64,000 nucleotides of DNA from positions 64,001 to 128,000 of the forward strand of contig CAVVNQ010000010.1 in the NCBI GenBank assembly GCA_963749705.1, given 5' to 3'. The notes under the pieces were generated by a model that made no database searches, was not told where the DNA came from, and worked only from the letters and a program-made list of their open reading frames with translations. The position numbers and the translations under genes are program-made. Below are positions 1 through 10,497 of this stretch, in pieces; the first letter of the stretch is position 1; each line of letters starts with the position of its first letter. This stretch comes from an uncultured Chloroflexia bacterium. Its GTDB lineage: Bacteria > Chloroflexota > Limnocylindria > Limnocylindrales > CSP1-4.

Positions 1-1
1 G

Positions 2-814
2 GTGCTGGTCGACGCCCTCCACCACGCCCGGGAGCATCTGACCATCGAGCAGGCGCTCTACCTGCTCCACGTGCTGACCGCGGACTATGCCTCCGACGCG
101 ACCGTGCGCCGGCTCGTGGACACCCGCGAGATCTACATCATCTTCGCGGTCAATCCAGATGGCTGGGCCTACGACCTGCTCCCGACCGGCTACCGCGGCT
201 GGCGCAAGAACCGGCAGCCGACCCCCGGTTCGAGCGCGATCGGCACCGACATCAATCGCAACTACGACTACCGCTGGGCCTGCTGCGGGGGGTCATCCGG
301 CAGCCCGTCCGCGTGGAACTACCGGGGCCCGTCGGCATTCAGCACGCCGGAGGCCCGGGCGGTGCGGGACTTCGTGCTCAGCCGCGTGGTCGACGGCAAG
401 CAGCAGATCCGGACCCACGTGACGCTCCACACCAACGGCGAGCTGATCCTGTGGCCGTACGGGTACACGTACACCAACGTCCCGTCGGACATGACCGCGG
501 ACGACCACGCGACGTTCGTGGCGATGGGTCGCGCGATGGCACGGACGAACGGCTACACGGCCGAGCAGTCGAGCGACCTGTACCCGACCGACGGCGACGA
601 GATCGACTGGATGTACGGCCGCCAGCACATCTTCTCGTTCACGTTCGAGCTGTATCCCACCGAGCAGGTGAGCTCGCATGCGGACCACGAGCCCCCCGAC
701 GAGAAGATCGCCTCGCAGACGGCGCGCAACCGCGCGGCCCTTCTGTACCTGATCGACATGGCGGACTGCCCCTACCGGGCGATCGGCAAGCAGGCGCAGT
801 ACTGCTCGGGCTAG
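2..814 (+). CDS. M14 family zinc carboxypeptidase (5'-truncated by window edge)
   Basis: HHAREH (HxxE) zinc motif, GTDINRN, TLH and FTFE catalytic motifs. Confidence 0.85.
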   Translation: MLVDALHHAREHLTIEQALYLLHVLTADYASDATVRRLVDTREIYIIFAVNPDGWAYDLLPTGYRGWRKNRQPTPGSSAIGTDINRNYDYRWACCGGSSGSPSAWNYRGPSAFSTPEARAVRDFVLSRVVDGKQQIRTHVTLHTNGELILWPYGYTYTNVPSDMTADDHATFVAMGRAMARTNGYTAEQSSDLYPTDGDEIDWMYGRQHIFSFTFELYPTEQVSSHADHEPPDEKIASQTARNRAALLYLIDMADCPYRAIGKQAQYCSG

Positions 815-824
815 GCCGCGACGG

Positions 825-3182
825 TCAGCGGCGATCGGGGATGCCGACGTAGGCCGCGAGGTGCTCGCCGGTGAGCGTCGACCGGGCGGCGACGAGATCG
901 GCCGGGGTGCCCTCGAACACGATCCGGCCGCCATCGTGGCCGGCCCCGGGTCCGAGGTCGATGATCCAGTCGGCATGCGCCATCACCGCCTGGTGATGCG
1001 AGATGACGATGACGGACTTGCGGGCGTCGACCAGCCGATCGAGCAGGCCCAGCAGGTGGTCGATGTCGGCGAGGTGGAGCCCGCTCGTCGGCTCGTCGAG
1101 GACGTAGATGCCGCCTCTCTCGGCCATCCGGGTGGCCAGCTTGAGCCGTTGTCGCTCGCCGCCGGACAGGGTCGGCAGCTGCTGGCCGAGCTTGAGGTAG
1201 CCGAGCCCGACGTCCTCGAGGCGTGCCAGGATCGCCGCCGCCGCGGGTGTCCTCGCGGCGCCCTGGGCGAAGAACGGATGCGCCTCGGCGACCGGCAGGT
1301 CGAGCACCTCGGCGATGTTCAATCCACCCAGGCGGAGCTCCAGGACGGACGGCTGGAAGCGCTTGCCCCCGCAGTCCTCGCACGGCGTCGCCACGGTCTC
1401 CATGAAGCTGAGCTCGGTGTAGATCATGCCGTTGCCGTTGCAGGTCGGGCAGGCGCCCTCCGAGTTCGACGAGAACAGCGCCGGCTTGACGTCGTTGGCC
1501 TTGGCGAACGCGGTCCGGATCGGGTCGAGCAGGCCCGTGTACGTCGCGGGGCTGCTCCGGCGCGAGCCCTGGATCGGGCCCTGGTCGATCGACACCACGT
1601 TCGCCCCGGCCGGGATCGACCCGTGCACGAGCGAGGACTTGCCGGACCCGGCGACGCCGGTCACGACGCACAGCACCCCGAGCGGGACATCGACGTCGAC
1701 GTGCTGGAGGTTGTGCGTGTCGGCGCCGCGGATCTCGAGCCGCCCCGTCGGCGTCCGGACCGTGTCCTTGAGCATGGCCCGCTGGTCGAGGTGACGGCCG
1801 GTGAGGGTGGCGGAGGCCCTGAGCTCCTCGACGGTCCCCTCGAAGCAGACCGTGCCCCCGCCGGTGCCCGCACCGGGCCCGAGGTCGACCACGCGGTCGG
1901 CGATGGCGATCGTCTCCGGCTTGTGCTCGACCACGAGCACGGTGTTCCCCTTGTCGCGCAGCTCGAGGAGCAGGCTGTTCATCCGCTGGATGTCGTGCGG
2001 GTGCAGGCCGATGGTGGGCTCGTCGAACACATAGGTGACGTCGGTCAGCGCCGACCCCAGGTGGCGAACCATCTTCGTCCGCTGCGCCTCTCCTCCGGAC
2101 AGGGTGCCCGAGGGGCGGTCGAGCGAGAGATAGCCGAGGCCGATCTCGATGAACGAGTCGAACAGGTGGAGGAGGCCGGCGACCAGCGGCGCAACGCCCG
2201 AGTCGTCGACGGCGCGCAGCCACTCGGCCGCGTCCGTGATCTGCATGGCGCACACGTCGGCGATGCCGAGGCCGTTGATCTTCGACGAGCGCGCCGCCTC
2301 GTTGAGCCGGCTGCCGCCACAGGCCGGACAGGTCTTGAACACCGCGGCCCGCTCGACGAACGCCCGCTTGTGGGGCTGCAGGGCGTCGACGTCCTTGCTG
2401 AACATCGACTTGCGGAGCTTCGGGATCAGGCCGTCGTAGGAGACGTTGATGCCCTTGGCCTTGATCCTGACCGTCTGCTTGTAGAGGAGGTCGTGACGCT
2501 CCTTTGCGGAGTAGTCCTTGATCGGCTTGCTCGGGTCGAAGAAGCCGGACTCGATGAACGTCGCCACCATCCAGCCATCCGGGGTGTAGCCCGGCACCAG
2601 GATGGCGCCCTCGGCGAGCGACTTCGACTCGTCGAGGATCACGGACAGGTCGAGGTCGGAGACGGTGCCCCGTCCCTCGCACTCGGCGCACATCCCGCCG
2701 AGGTAGACGGCGTCCTGGATGATCTTCCGCTCGCCCTTGGGGCCGGTCATGACGCCGCTCGCCCGCGTGGTGGGGATGTTGAACGAGAAGGCGGTCGGCC
2801 CGCCGATGTACGGCTTGCCGAGACGGCTGAACAGGCTGCGCAGCATCGCGTTGGCATCGGTGACGGTGCCGAGCGTTGAGCGCGGGTTCGCGCCCAGCCG
2901 CTCCTGGTCGACGATGATCGCCGTCGTCAGCCCATCGAGGACGTCGACGTCGGGCCGTGCCAGCGTGGGCATGAACACCTGGACGAACGTCGAGTAGGTC
3001 TCGTCGATCAGCCGTCGTGACTCGGCGGCGATCGTGTCGAACACCAGCGAGCTCTTGCCCGAGCCGGAGACGCCGGTGAACACCGTCAGCCGGCGCTTCG
3101 GGATCTCGATGCTCACGTTCTTGAGGTTGTTCTCGCGCGCGCCGTGGACGCGGATCACGTCGTGGCTGTCGGCGACATCCAT
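825..3182 (-). CDS. uvrA: UvrA-like excinuclease ATPase (class II UvrA / DrrC-like)
   Basis: Start [22 protein letters not shown]; two Walker A motifs ([18 protein letters not shown]), two LSGGE signatures, CxxC zinc fingers; ~785 aa, shorter than canonical UvrA. Confidence 0.85.
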   Translation of the reverse strand: MDVADSHDVIRVHGARENNLKNVSIEIPKRRLTVFTGVSGSGKSSLVFDTIAAESRRLIDETYSTFVQVFMPTLARPDVDVLDGLTTAIIVDQERLGANPRSTLGTVTDANAMLRSLFSRLGKPYIGGPTAFSFNIPTTRASGVMTGPKGERKIIQDAVYLGGMCAECEGRGTVSDLDLSVILDESKSLAEGAILVPGYTPDGWMVATFIESGFFDPSKPIKDYSAKERHDLLYKQTVRIKAKGINVSYDGLIPKLRKSMFSKDVDALQPHKRAFVERAAVFKTCPACGGSRLNEAARSSKINGLGIADVCAMQITDAAEWLRAVDDSGVAPLVAGLLHLFDSFIEIGLGYLSLDRPSGTLSGGEAQRTKMVRHLGSALTDVTYVFDEPTIGLHPHDIQRMNSLLLELRDKGNTVLVVEHKPETIAIADRVVDLGPGAGTGGGTVCFEGTVEELRASATLTGRHLDQRAMLKDTVRTPTGRLEIRGADTHNLQHVDVDVPLGVLCVVTGVAGSGKSSLVHGSIPAGANVVSIDQGPIQGSRRSSPATYTGLLDPIRTAFAKANDVKPALFSSNSEGACPTCNGNGMIYTELSFMETVATPCEDCGGKRFQPSVLELRLGGLNIAEVLDLPVAEAHPFFAQGAARTPAAAAILARLEDVGLGYLKLGQQLPTLSGGERQRLKLATRMAERGGIYVLDEPTSGLHLADIDHLLGLLDRLVDARKSVIVISHHQAVMAHADWIIDLGPGAGHDGGRIVFEGTPADLVAARSTLTGEHLAAYVGIPDRR

Positions 3183-3229
3183 GCGATCACTCCAGCTGTG
3201 GTGGGCGTCAGCGGTGGCGGGTTTCAGGC

Positions 3230-4045
3230 TCAATCCCAGCGGAACTTGCGCGCGGCCAGCACCACCAGCAGCACGGCCCAGCCGGCGAGGATGACCAGCG
3301 GCTCGGTGGCGTCTCCGGCAACCGATCCCAGCCCGATGCCCAGGGTTCGCGTGAGCGCGGCCGCCGGCAGTACCTCGGACACCGAGGCCACCGCCCCGGG
3401 CAGCCGTTCGAGCGGGAGGACGATCCCGCCCAGGACGAGCGCGACCAGGAACAGGAGGTTGGCGAGCGCGAGGGTCGCCTCGGCGCGGAGCGTGCCGGCC
3501 ATCAGCAGCCCGAGGCCGGCGAACGCCATGGTCCCCAGCACGAGCGCCAGGAGCGTCAGCGGGACCGACGCCCCGGGCCCGGCGGTCCAGCCCAGCGTCG
3601 CGACCGCGATGCCGACCAGCAGGATCATCTGCACGACCTCGACCGCGATGACCGATGCCGTCTTGGCTGCGACGACGACCCCAGCCCCGGCGGGGCTGCC
3701 GCCCAGCCGCTTGATCACGCCGTACTGGCGCTCGAAGCCGGTCGAGATGGCGAGCGAGACCAGCGACGCGGCGATGACCGCGAGGGCGATCGAGCCCGGC
3801 AGCAGCCGGTCGACCGGCCGCCCGGCGTCGACCCCGCCGCTGGTGTCGAACGCGCTGAACACCAGCAGCACGCCGGCCGGGATGACGAACGTGATCAACA
3901 GTCCCTCGCCGCGGCGCAGCACGAGCCGGAGCTCGTAGGCCGCGAGGGCCGACGCCATCCGCAGCCACGACGCCGGACGCGCCGGCGTCCCGGCACCGAC
4001 GACCGACGGGGCGGGTGCCGGGCGGGTCCCGTGCAACCCGCTCAT
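3230..4045 (-). CDS. ABC-2 type transporter permease
   Basis: About 6 hydrophobic segments, FERQYGVIKRL motif, overlaps the ATPase gene. Confidence 0.85.
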   Translation of the reverse strand: MSGLHGTRPAPAPSVVGAGTPARPASWLRMASALAAYELRLVLRRGEGLLITFVIPAGVLLVFSAFDTSGGVDAGRPVDRLLPGSIALAVIAASLVSLAISTGFERQYGVIKRLGGSPAGAGVVVAAKTASVIAVEVVQMILLVGIAVATLGWTAGPGASVPLTLLALVLGTMAFAGLGLLMAGTLRAEATLALANLLFLVALVLGGIVLPLERLPGAVASVSEVLPAAALTRTLGIGLGSVAGDATEPLVILAGWAVLLVVLAARKFRWD

Positions 4046-5175
4046 TCGCCGTTCCCCTTCGCGCCGTCCCCGGTTGTGCCGCCTGCAGACGCGCCGTCCT
4101 CAGACGCGACGTCCGCGCCCACCAGCTCGAGATAGCGCTCCTCCAGGCTGGCGGCACCGACGCGGAGCTCGGTGATCAACAGCCCGCGCTCGGCACACCA
4201 TGCGGCGAGCGCGGCAACCAGCTCCGGGCGGGGCGGTCCGTCGAGGCCGGCCAGCTCGTATGCGCCACCTGGCCCGGCTGCCACGACCCGCGGCGCACCG
4301 CCATCGGGGCGGACCTCGCCCGCGGGGCCGCCGCCTGTCGCGCCACCGTGCGGCGCGGTCGCCGCGGCCAGGGCTGCCGCGGCCAGCGACGCCGCGTCGC
4401 CGTCGCGCAGCGCGGACGACAACCGGAACCTCACCCGCGGCGCGCCGGCGCCGGTGAGCTCGGCGGGCGTCCCGTAGGCGACCAGGCGCCCGCGATCCAG
4501 GACGGCCACGTGATCGGCGAGGCGTTCGACATCGCCCAGCTCGTGGGTCGTGAGCAGGATGGTCGTGCCGGCCTCACGCAGCGACGCGATCCGCTCGCGG
4601 GTCGCCTGCTTCGCGGCCGGATCCATCCCCGCGGTGGGCTCATCGAGGACGAGCAGCTCCGGGCGCCCGAGCAGCGCGAGGGCCAGGCCCAGCCGCTGCT
4701 TCTCGCCGCCGGACAGCCGGCGGTACCGGGTGGTCGCGACCTGCCCGAGGTCCACCAGCTCGAGCAGCCGGTCTGGGCTCTCGGGGTCCCGGTAGAACCG
4801 CGCGTACAGCCGGAGTGCCTCGCGCGGGGTGGTCCGAGGATCGATCCCGCCGTTCTGCAGCATCAGCCCGATCCGGGGCCGGAGCCGCGCGCCGTCACGG
4901 ACGGGATCCAGGCCCAGCACCTCGACCGAGCCGGTGTCGATCCGCCGGTACCCCTCGAGGATCTCGACCGTGGTCGTCTTGCCGGCCCCGTTGGGACCGA
5001 GCAGCGCAAACAGCTCGCCCCGGTGCACCTGGAACGAGACCCCGGTCAGCACGTCCCGGCGCCCGTACGCCTTGCCGACATCGACCGCGCGGACCGCGAC
5101 GTCGCGCGCGGCGGGCTCGCGCGCGACGGTGTCGCTGGTCGCTGGCGTCGCGCCTGCCCCGGGCACGGCGTTCAC
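4042..5175 (-). CDS. ABC transporter ATP-binding protein (DrrA-like)
   Basis: GPNGAGKTT, LSGGEKQR, LVLDEPT motifs. Confidence 0.9.
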   Translation of the reverse strand: MNAVPGAGATPATSDTVAREPAARDVAVRAVDVGKAYGRRDVLTGVSFQVHRGELFALLGPNGAGKTTTVEILEGYRRIDTGSVEVLGLDPVRDGARLRPRIGLMLQNGGIDPRTTPREALRLYARFYRDPESPDRLLELVDLGQVATTRYRRLSGGEKQRLGLALALLGRPELLVLDEPTAGMDPAAKQATRERIASLREAGTTILLTTHELGDVERLADHVAVLDRGRLVAYGTPAELTGAGAPRVRFRLSSALRDGDAASLAAAALAAATAPHGGATGGGPAGEVRPDGGAPRVVAAGPGGAYELAGLDGPPRPELVAALAAWCAERGLLITELRVGAASLEERYLELVGADVASEDGASAGGTTGDGAKGNGE

Positions 5176-5636
5176 GGCCGGATCTTCGCGTACTGGGTGT
5201 CGAAGTCCGACGCGAGGACCTGGCCGACCTGCAGGCCCCGCAGCACTCCCTCGGAATCGATGAAGTACGTCTGCGGCGGCGCCACCACGTGGTACTCGGC
5301 CGCGAGCTTGCCGTCCGGATCGGGGAGCGTCGGCCAGGTCGCGCCAAAGTCATCGAGGAACTGCTGCGCGAGGTCTGCCTGGTCCTTGTACATCACCCCG
5401 ATGATCGCCAGCCCGTCCGTCGGGCCGAGGGTGTCGAGGCGCTCCTTGAACAGCGGGAACTCCTCGCGGCAGGGGGTGCACCACGACGCCCAGAAGTTGA
5501 CGATCACCGGATGGCCCCGGTACGAGGCGAGGTCGACGTGCGTGCCGTCAAGCGCGGTGCCCGTCACCTGCGGGGCGGGGTCGCCCGTCGTCGCCCCGCG
5601 GGAGCCACCGCCGCACGCCGCGACCACGAGCAGCAT
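5172..5636 (-). CDS. TlpA/ResA-like thiol-disulfide oxidoreductase (lipoprotein)
   Basis: VNFWASWCTPCREE and PQTYFID motifs; N-terminal VAAC lipobox-like. Confidence 0.9.
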   Translation of the reverse strand: MLLVVAACGGGSRGATTGDPAPQVTGTALDGTHVDLASYRGHPVIVNFWASWCTPCREEFPLFKERLDTLGPTDGLAIIGVMYKDQADLAQQFLDDFGATWPTLPDPDGKLAAEYHVVAPPQTYFIDSEGVLRGLQVGQVLASDFDTQYAKIRP

Positions 5637-5691
5637 GACCGCGAGACCCGCGGTGAGGGTTCGTGTGGTGGTTGCCCGGGACGTGGTGGGC

Positions 5692-6804
5692 CTACTGGGC
5701 CGTGACGGTCCCGGTCATGTTCGGGTGCACCGAGCAGACGAACGTGTACGTGCCGGCCGGCAGGGCGGGAACCTGGTACACGATGACCTTGGGACCGGTG
5801 ATGATCTGGCCCTTGAACAGCTCTGCGCCCGAGCTGTCATGGATCGCGACGTTGTGCGGGATCCCCGCGTCGCGATTGTCGAAGGCGAGGGTGAATGGCT
5901 TGCCGGCCGGGACGGTCAGCGTGGTCGCGTCATAGGCGATGCCTTCTGCCCCGATGGACGCGTCGGCCGCGGGCAGGCTCGGGCCCGCGGGTGCGCCGGC
6001 CGACGCGCCCGCGCCGCCTCCGCCGCCGCCGGCCGCGGGCGCTCCGCTGGCGGTGGCGCCCTGGTTCGAGTTGGGGAGCACGCCGGAGCTGAGCAGCAGG
6101 CCGCCGGCGACGATCAGCGCGAGGGCGGAGAACGTCGCCTTGGGCCACGTGGGTGCCCCGCCCAGGTCGAGGTGCCCCGTCCGGTCGGCGGTCTCGACGG
6201 CGACGTACTCGCGGCGCGCGTCGCGCAGCCAGCCGAGCAGGGTCAGTGCCAGCGCGATGATCCCGGCCAGCAGCGCCCAGCCGCCGATCACCATCCCGCC
6301 GACCAGGATCGTCATCGAGATCGCGAGCAGCAGCGGCCGGAAGGACGGCGGTGGCATGTGGACCCCCGCGGGCGGCACGCCATCGGAAGGCGCCGGGAGG
6401 GCGCCGATCGCGGCGTGCGCGGTCGGCGCCGACGCGACATGGTCGTAGTCCCGGAGCGCCTCACGACCCCAGTAGAGGAGCGTGATCGCCAGGATCAGCA
6501 CGCCGACGGCGAGCCAGATCCCCCCGGCGAACAGCCCGAACATCAGCATGAACACGCCAAACGCCGCCAGCGGCGGTGCGAACGTCGGGCCCGGCATGTG
6601 AACGCCGTCGGGCGCGACCGGCGCCACGCGCCGGATCCCGCGCCGGGTCGGCGCCGCGGTCGCGAAGCGATACGCCGTCCAGCTCACGTACAGGCCGACG
6701 AACCCTGCGAGGAACACCGGCAGCAGCTGGATCAGCGATCCCCAGTCCGGGACCACGAACGGCTGCGTGAACTCGATCAGGCCGTTCCAGAGTTCCTCGA
6801 GCAT
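5692..6804 (-). CDS. Membrane protein with two cytochrome c oxidase subunit-4-like repeats fused to a C-terminal cupredoxin domain
   Basis: Repeated GVHMP(G/P)P(T/S)F..(TM)(TM) units; C-terminal PHNV...CSVHPNM type-1 copper ligand set. Confidence 0.7.
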   Translation of the reverse strand: MLEELWNGLIEFTQPFVVPDWGSLIQLLPVFLAGFVGLYVSWTAYRFATAAPTRRGIRRVAPVAPDGVHMPGPTFAPPLAAFGVFMLMFGLFAGGIWLAVGVLILAITLLYWGREALRDYDHVASAPTAHAAIGALPAPSDGVPPAGVHMPPPSFRPLLLAISMTILVGGMVIGGWALLAGIIALALTLLGWLRDARREYVAVETADRTGHLDLGGAPTWPKATFSALALIVAGGLLLSSGVLPNSNQGATASGAPAAGGGGGGAGASAGAPAGPSLPAADASIGAEGIAYDATTLTVPAGKPFTLAFDNRDAGIPHNVAIHDSSGAELFKGQIITGPKVIVYQVPALPAGTYTFVCSVHPNMTGTVTAQ

Positions 6805-6814
6805 CGGTTGTGCG

Positions 6815-7000
6815 TCAGCTCCGCTTCAACCCGGCGAACAGGACGTACGCCATGATCGACATCGCGGCGCCCAGGGCGATCAGCATCGTGAGCCCGGCGT
6901 AGTCGACACGATCCGGCTCGACGATCGTCGGGAACACCCAGTAGAAGGCGGCGATCACCAGGAACAGGATACCGACGGCGGCGGCGCGGCGGGGTTTCAT
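6815..7000 (-). CDS. Small 2-TM protein in the oxidase operon (resembles N-terminal part of subunit 4/CtaF)
   Basis: 61 aa, two hydrophobic helices, AGAAGG-type RBS upstream, lies between subunit III and the cupredoxin fusion. Confidence 0.6.
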   Translation of the reverse strand: MKPRRAAAVGILFLVIAAFYWVFPTIVEPDRVDYAGLTMLIALGAAMSIMAYVLFAGLKRS

Positions 7001-7020
7001 GGGTCCTTCTCCGTCGCGGG

Positions 7021-7686
7021 CTACAGCAGGTACAGGGTGGAGAACAGCAGGATCCAGACGACGTCCACGAAGTGCCAGTAGATCGACGTCGCCTCGACCA
7101 TGTCGTGGTGGCGGGCCGAGAACTGCCCGGCCATGCCCCGGTAGAGCACCACCGACAGCATCAGCACGCCGCCGAACACGTGCGCCCCGTGGAAGCCCGT
7201 GAGCGTGAAGTACGTGGTGCCGAACGTGCCCGAGCCCATCGTCATGCCCTCGTGGAACAGGACGCCGTAGTCGTACGCCTGCAGCAGCAGGAAGGTCGCG
7301 CCGAGGATCACGGTGGCGGCGAAGTTGCGAATGAAGCCCCGCCGGTCGTCACGCCCGATCGCCCACAGGCCCATCTGGCAGGTGAACGAGGAGGTGATCA
7401 GGATCAGGGTCGCCGGCAGGATCAGGTTGAGATCGCCGTGCTCGGTGGTCAGGCGGAACGGGTTGAGGATCCCGGCGAACTCGCTCGGCGGCCAGCGGTG
7501 GATCCCGTCGGTGTCGATGAAGCTCGCCCGGATGCTGAAGTAGGCGGCGAACAGCCCGGCGAAGAACATCACCTCGGAGGTGATGAACAGGAGCATCCCC
7601 AGGACCGGGATGCCGATCCCGCCGGACCCATGGGCGTCGGCCGGGGCGTGGTCCGCGGTGGTGATCACCTGCGCGTCTGCGGTCAT
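7021..7686 (-). CDS. ctaE: Cytochrome c oxidase subunit III
   Basis: LFITSEVMFFAGLF, TGFHGAHV, YWHFVDVVW motifs; RBS GAGGAG before MTADAQ. Confidence 0.93.
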   Translation of the reverse strand: MTADAQVITTADHAPADAHGSGGIGIPVLGMLLFITSEVMFFAGLFAAYFSIRASFIDTDGIHRWPPSEFAGILNPFRLTTEHGDLNLILPATLILITSSFTCQMGLWAIGRDDRRGFIRNFAATVILGATFLLLQAYDYGVLFHEGMTMGSGTFGTTYFTLTGFHGAHVFGGVLMLSVVLYRGMAGQFSARHHDMVEATSIYWHFVDVVWILLFSTLYLL

Positions 7687-7699
7687 CGTCTCGCCCTCC

Positions 7700-9322
7700 T
7701 CAGTGATCCGCGACCCGGCCGTGCCGGGCATCGAACACCGGGCGCTCCGAGCGGATCTCGGGCAGGTGGTCGAAGTTGTACGGGGGCGGCGGCGACGAGG
7801 TCGCCCATTCGAGCGTGTTCGCTCCCCACGGGTCGTCGCCGGCGATCTTGCCGCTGCGCAGCGAGACCAGCACGTTCCAGAAGAACGGCAGCATGCTGGT
7901 GGCGATGACGAACCCGCCGATGGTCGCCGCGAGGTTGAGCTCGCTCCAGCCCGCGTTGGCCGCGTAGTCGGCGATCCGCCGCGGCATCCCGGCCAGGCCC
8001 AGCTGGTGCATCGGGAAGAACGTCAGGTTGAAGCCCACGAACATGAGCACGAACTGGATCTTGCCCAGCGTCTCGTCGAGCATCCGGCCGGTCATCTTGG
8101 GGAACCAGTAGTAGATCCCGGCGAACACCCCGAACACGGAGCCGCCGAACAGCACGTAGTGCAGGTGCGCGACCACCCAGTAGGTGTCGTGGAGCGCAAA
8201 GTCCACCGGTACCGCCGCCGAGAACGCGCCGTTGAGGCCACCGATCAGGAACAGCGTCAGGAAGCCGATCGCGAACAGGAGCGGGGTCGCGAAGGTGAGC
8301 TTGCCCCGCCACAGGGTCGCGATCCAGTTGAACATCTTGACGCCCGTCGGGACGGCGATCAGGAACGTCATCAGGCTGAAGAACGGCAGGAACACCGAGC
8401 CCGTGGTGAACATGTGGTGGGCCCACACCGAGAAGCCGAGGGCGCCGATGCCGACCGTCGCGAACACGAACGCCTTGTAGCCGAACAGCGGCTTGCGCGA
8501 GAAGACGGGCAGCACCTCGGACACGATGCCCATCGCGGGCAGGATCATGATGTAGACCGCCGGGTGCGAGTAGAACCAGAACACGTTCTGGTACAGGACC
8601 GCCTGGCCGCCGTTCGCCGGATCGAAGAAGTTGCCGCCGTAGTTGCGGTCGATGAACAGCATGATCAGGGCGCTGGTGAGCACCGGCGTCGCCATCAGCA
8701 CGAGCACGCTCGTGACGAGCACCGTCCACACCAGGATCGGCATCCGGAACAGGGTCATGCCCGGCGCCCGCATCTTGAAGATCGTGACCAGGAAGTTGAC
8801 CGCGCCCAGGATGGAGCTGGTCCCGATCAGGGTGAGCCCCACGATCCACAGGTCCGTGCCCGCTCCGTTGAACTTCGCACCGGCCAGGGGCGGGTACTCC
8901 GTCCAGCCGGACGCCGCGGCGCCGCCCGAAGCGAGGAAGCCCGAGGCCATCAGGGCGCCACCCAGCGGCAGCAGCCAGAACGACAGCGCGTTGATCCGCG
9001 GGAACGCCATGTCCGGCGCCCCGATCTGGAGCGGGACGGCGTAGTTCCCGAACCCCGCCAGGATCGGGATGATGAACAGGAACAGCATGAACGAGGCGTG
9101 CATCGTGAACGCCTGGTTGTAGAACGACTCGCTCACGAGCTGCATCCCGGGCTGGGCGAGCTCGAGCCGGACGACCAGCGCGAGGATCCCTCCGGCCAGG
9201 AAGAACAGGATCGAGTTGACCAGGTACATGATCCCGATCTTCTTGTGATCGGTGGTCGTCAGCCATGCGTACAGGCCGCTTCGATAGGCTGGAGCGGCGG
9301 GGTTGAGGGTCGTCGTGGCCAT
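7700..9322 (-). CDS. ctaD: Cytochrome c oxidase subunit I (type A2)
   Basis: TDHKKIG, DMAFPRIN, WFYSHPAVY, VWAHH, HLHYV, GMPRR motifs. Confidence 0.97.
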   Translation of the reverse strand: MATTTLNPAAPAYRSGLYAWLTTTDHKKIGIMYLVNSILFFLAGGILALVVRLELAQPGMQLVSESFYNQAFTMHASFMLFLFIIPILAGFGNYAVPLQIGAPDMAFPRINALSFWLLPLGGALMASGFLASGGAAASGWTEYPPLAGAKFNGAGTDLWIVGLTLIGTSSILGAVNFLVTIFKMRAPGMTLFRMPILVWTVLVTSVLVLMATPVLTSALIMLFIDRNYGGNFFDPANGGQAVLYQNVFWFYSHPAVYIMILPAMGIVSEVLPVFSRKPLFGYKAFVFATVGIGALGFSVWAHHMFTTGSVFLPFFSLMTFLIAVPTGVKMFNWIATLWRGKLTFATPLLFAIGFLTLFLIGGLNGAFSAAVPVDFALHDTYWVVAHLHYVLFGGSVFGVFAGIYYWFPKMTGRMLDETLGKIQFVLMFVGFNLTFFPMHQLGLAGMPRRIADYAANAGWSELNLAATIGGFVIATSMLPFFWNVLVSLRSGKIAGDDPWGANTLEWATSSPPPPYNFDHLPEIRSERPVFDARHGRVADH

Positions 9323-9332
9323 CCCTGTTCCC

Positions 9333-10463
9333 TTACTGGACCGTGAGCGTGCCGGTCATGTTCGGATGAACGGTGCACTGGAAGGTGTAGGTGCCAGCCG
9401 TGAGGGCCGGGACGGAATAGTTGGTATCCGACGGGCCGGTGATGATGTCGCCCTTGAACGCGACCTTGCCGCTCCCGTCCTTGATCTCGACATCGTGCGG
9501 GACGCTGGCGTCGTCGTTCTTGAAATGGATCGTGAACGGCTGGCCGGCCGGCGCCTGGAGATCGCCCGTCGAGAACGCGATGTTCTGCGCGGCGAGCTCG
9601 ACCACGGGTCCCTCGGCGGCGCCCGACGCGGCCGGCGCCGGCGTCGCGCTCGCCGCCTCGATCTGCTGCTGGAGCCAGGTGTCGAAGTCCGCCTTCGGGA
9701 TCGCGTGGACGTCGAACACCATCGAGCCGTGGAACGGGCCGCACAGCTCCGCGCACTGACCTCGATACGTGCCGGCCTCATCCACGGTGAAGTCGAACGT
9801 GTTCGTCTTGCCCGGGATCACGTCCCGCTTGAACAGGAACTTGGGGACGTAGAACGCGTGGATCACGTCCAGGCTGCGGAGGCTCACCTGGACGGGCTCG
9901 CCCACGGGCAGGAACAGGCCGCCGGTGTCGCCCACCGGAAGCGCCTGCGAGAACAGCACCTTGGCATCGGGGCCATCGGGCCCGTCGAGGTAGTCGAACG
10001 ACCACTGGAACCGCGCGGCGACCGCGCGCACGTAGATGTCGCTGGGCGTCTTCGCATCGACCGTGTTGAGGGTCTGCCACGACATCACGAACAGGAACGC
10101 GACGATGACCGTCGGGATCGCGGTCCAGATGATCTCGACCAGGTTGTTGCCGTGGATCTGCGGCGGCAGCTCATCGTCGCCCGGCTTGCGTCGATAGCGG
10201 AAGACCGTGAACACGATCACGCCTTCGACCAGGATGAAGATCGCGGCCGCGATATAGAACACGATGTCGTACAGGGACTTGGTGCTGTGCGATCGATCGG
10301 TGACCCCGTCACCGCCGGCCACCGGGAAGAAGCTGTCCCAGACCCCGGACAGCGTCGCGCCCGACGCGTACAGGACGATCACGGCGACCGCGATGGCCAA
10401 CAGGATGAGCAGTCCGGCAACAAGGGCGCCGGACCCGGTCCTCGACCGGGGGGGCATCGACAT
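9333..10463 (-). CDS. ctaC: Cytochrome c oxidase subunit II with C-terminal cupredoxin domain
   Basis: DVIHAF and CAELCGPFHGSM CuA ligands; extra C-terminal PHDV...CTVHPNM domain. Confidence 0.93.
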   Translation of the reverse strand: MSMPPRSRTGSGALVAGLLILLAIAVAVIVLYASGATLSGVWDSFFPVAGGDGVTDRSHSTKSLYDIVFYIAAAIFILVEGVIVFTVFRYRRKPGDDELPPQIHGNNLVEIIWTAIPTVIVAFLFVMSWQTLNTVDAKTPSDIYVRAVAARFQWSFDYLDGPDGPDAKVLFSQALPVGDTGGLFLPVGEPVQVSLRSLDVIHAFYVPKFLFKRDVIPGKTNTFDFTVDEAGTYRGQCAELCGPFHGSMVFDVHAIPKADFDTWLQQQIEAASATPAPAASGAAEGPVVELAAQNIAFSTGDLQAPAGQPFTIHFKNDDASVPHDVEIKDGSGKVAFKGDIITGPSDTNYSVPALTAGTYTFQCTVHPNMTGTLTVQ

Positions 10464-10497
10464 CGGGTTCCTCGTATGTTCTTGCCGCGATCAACGT

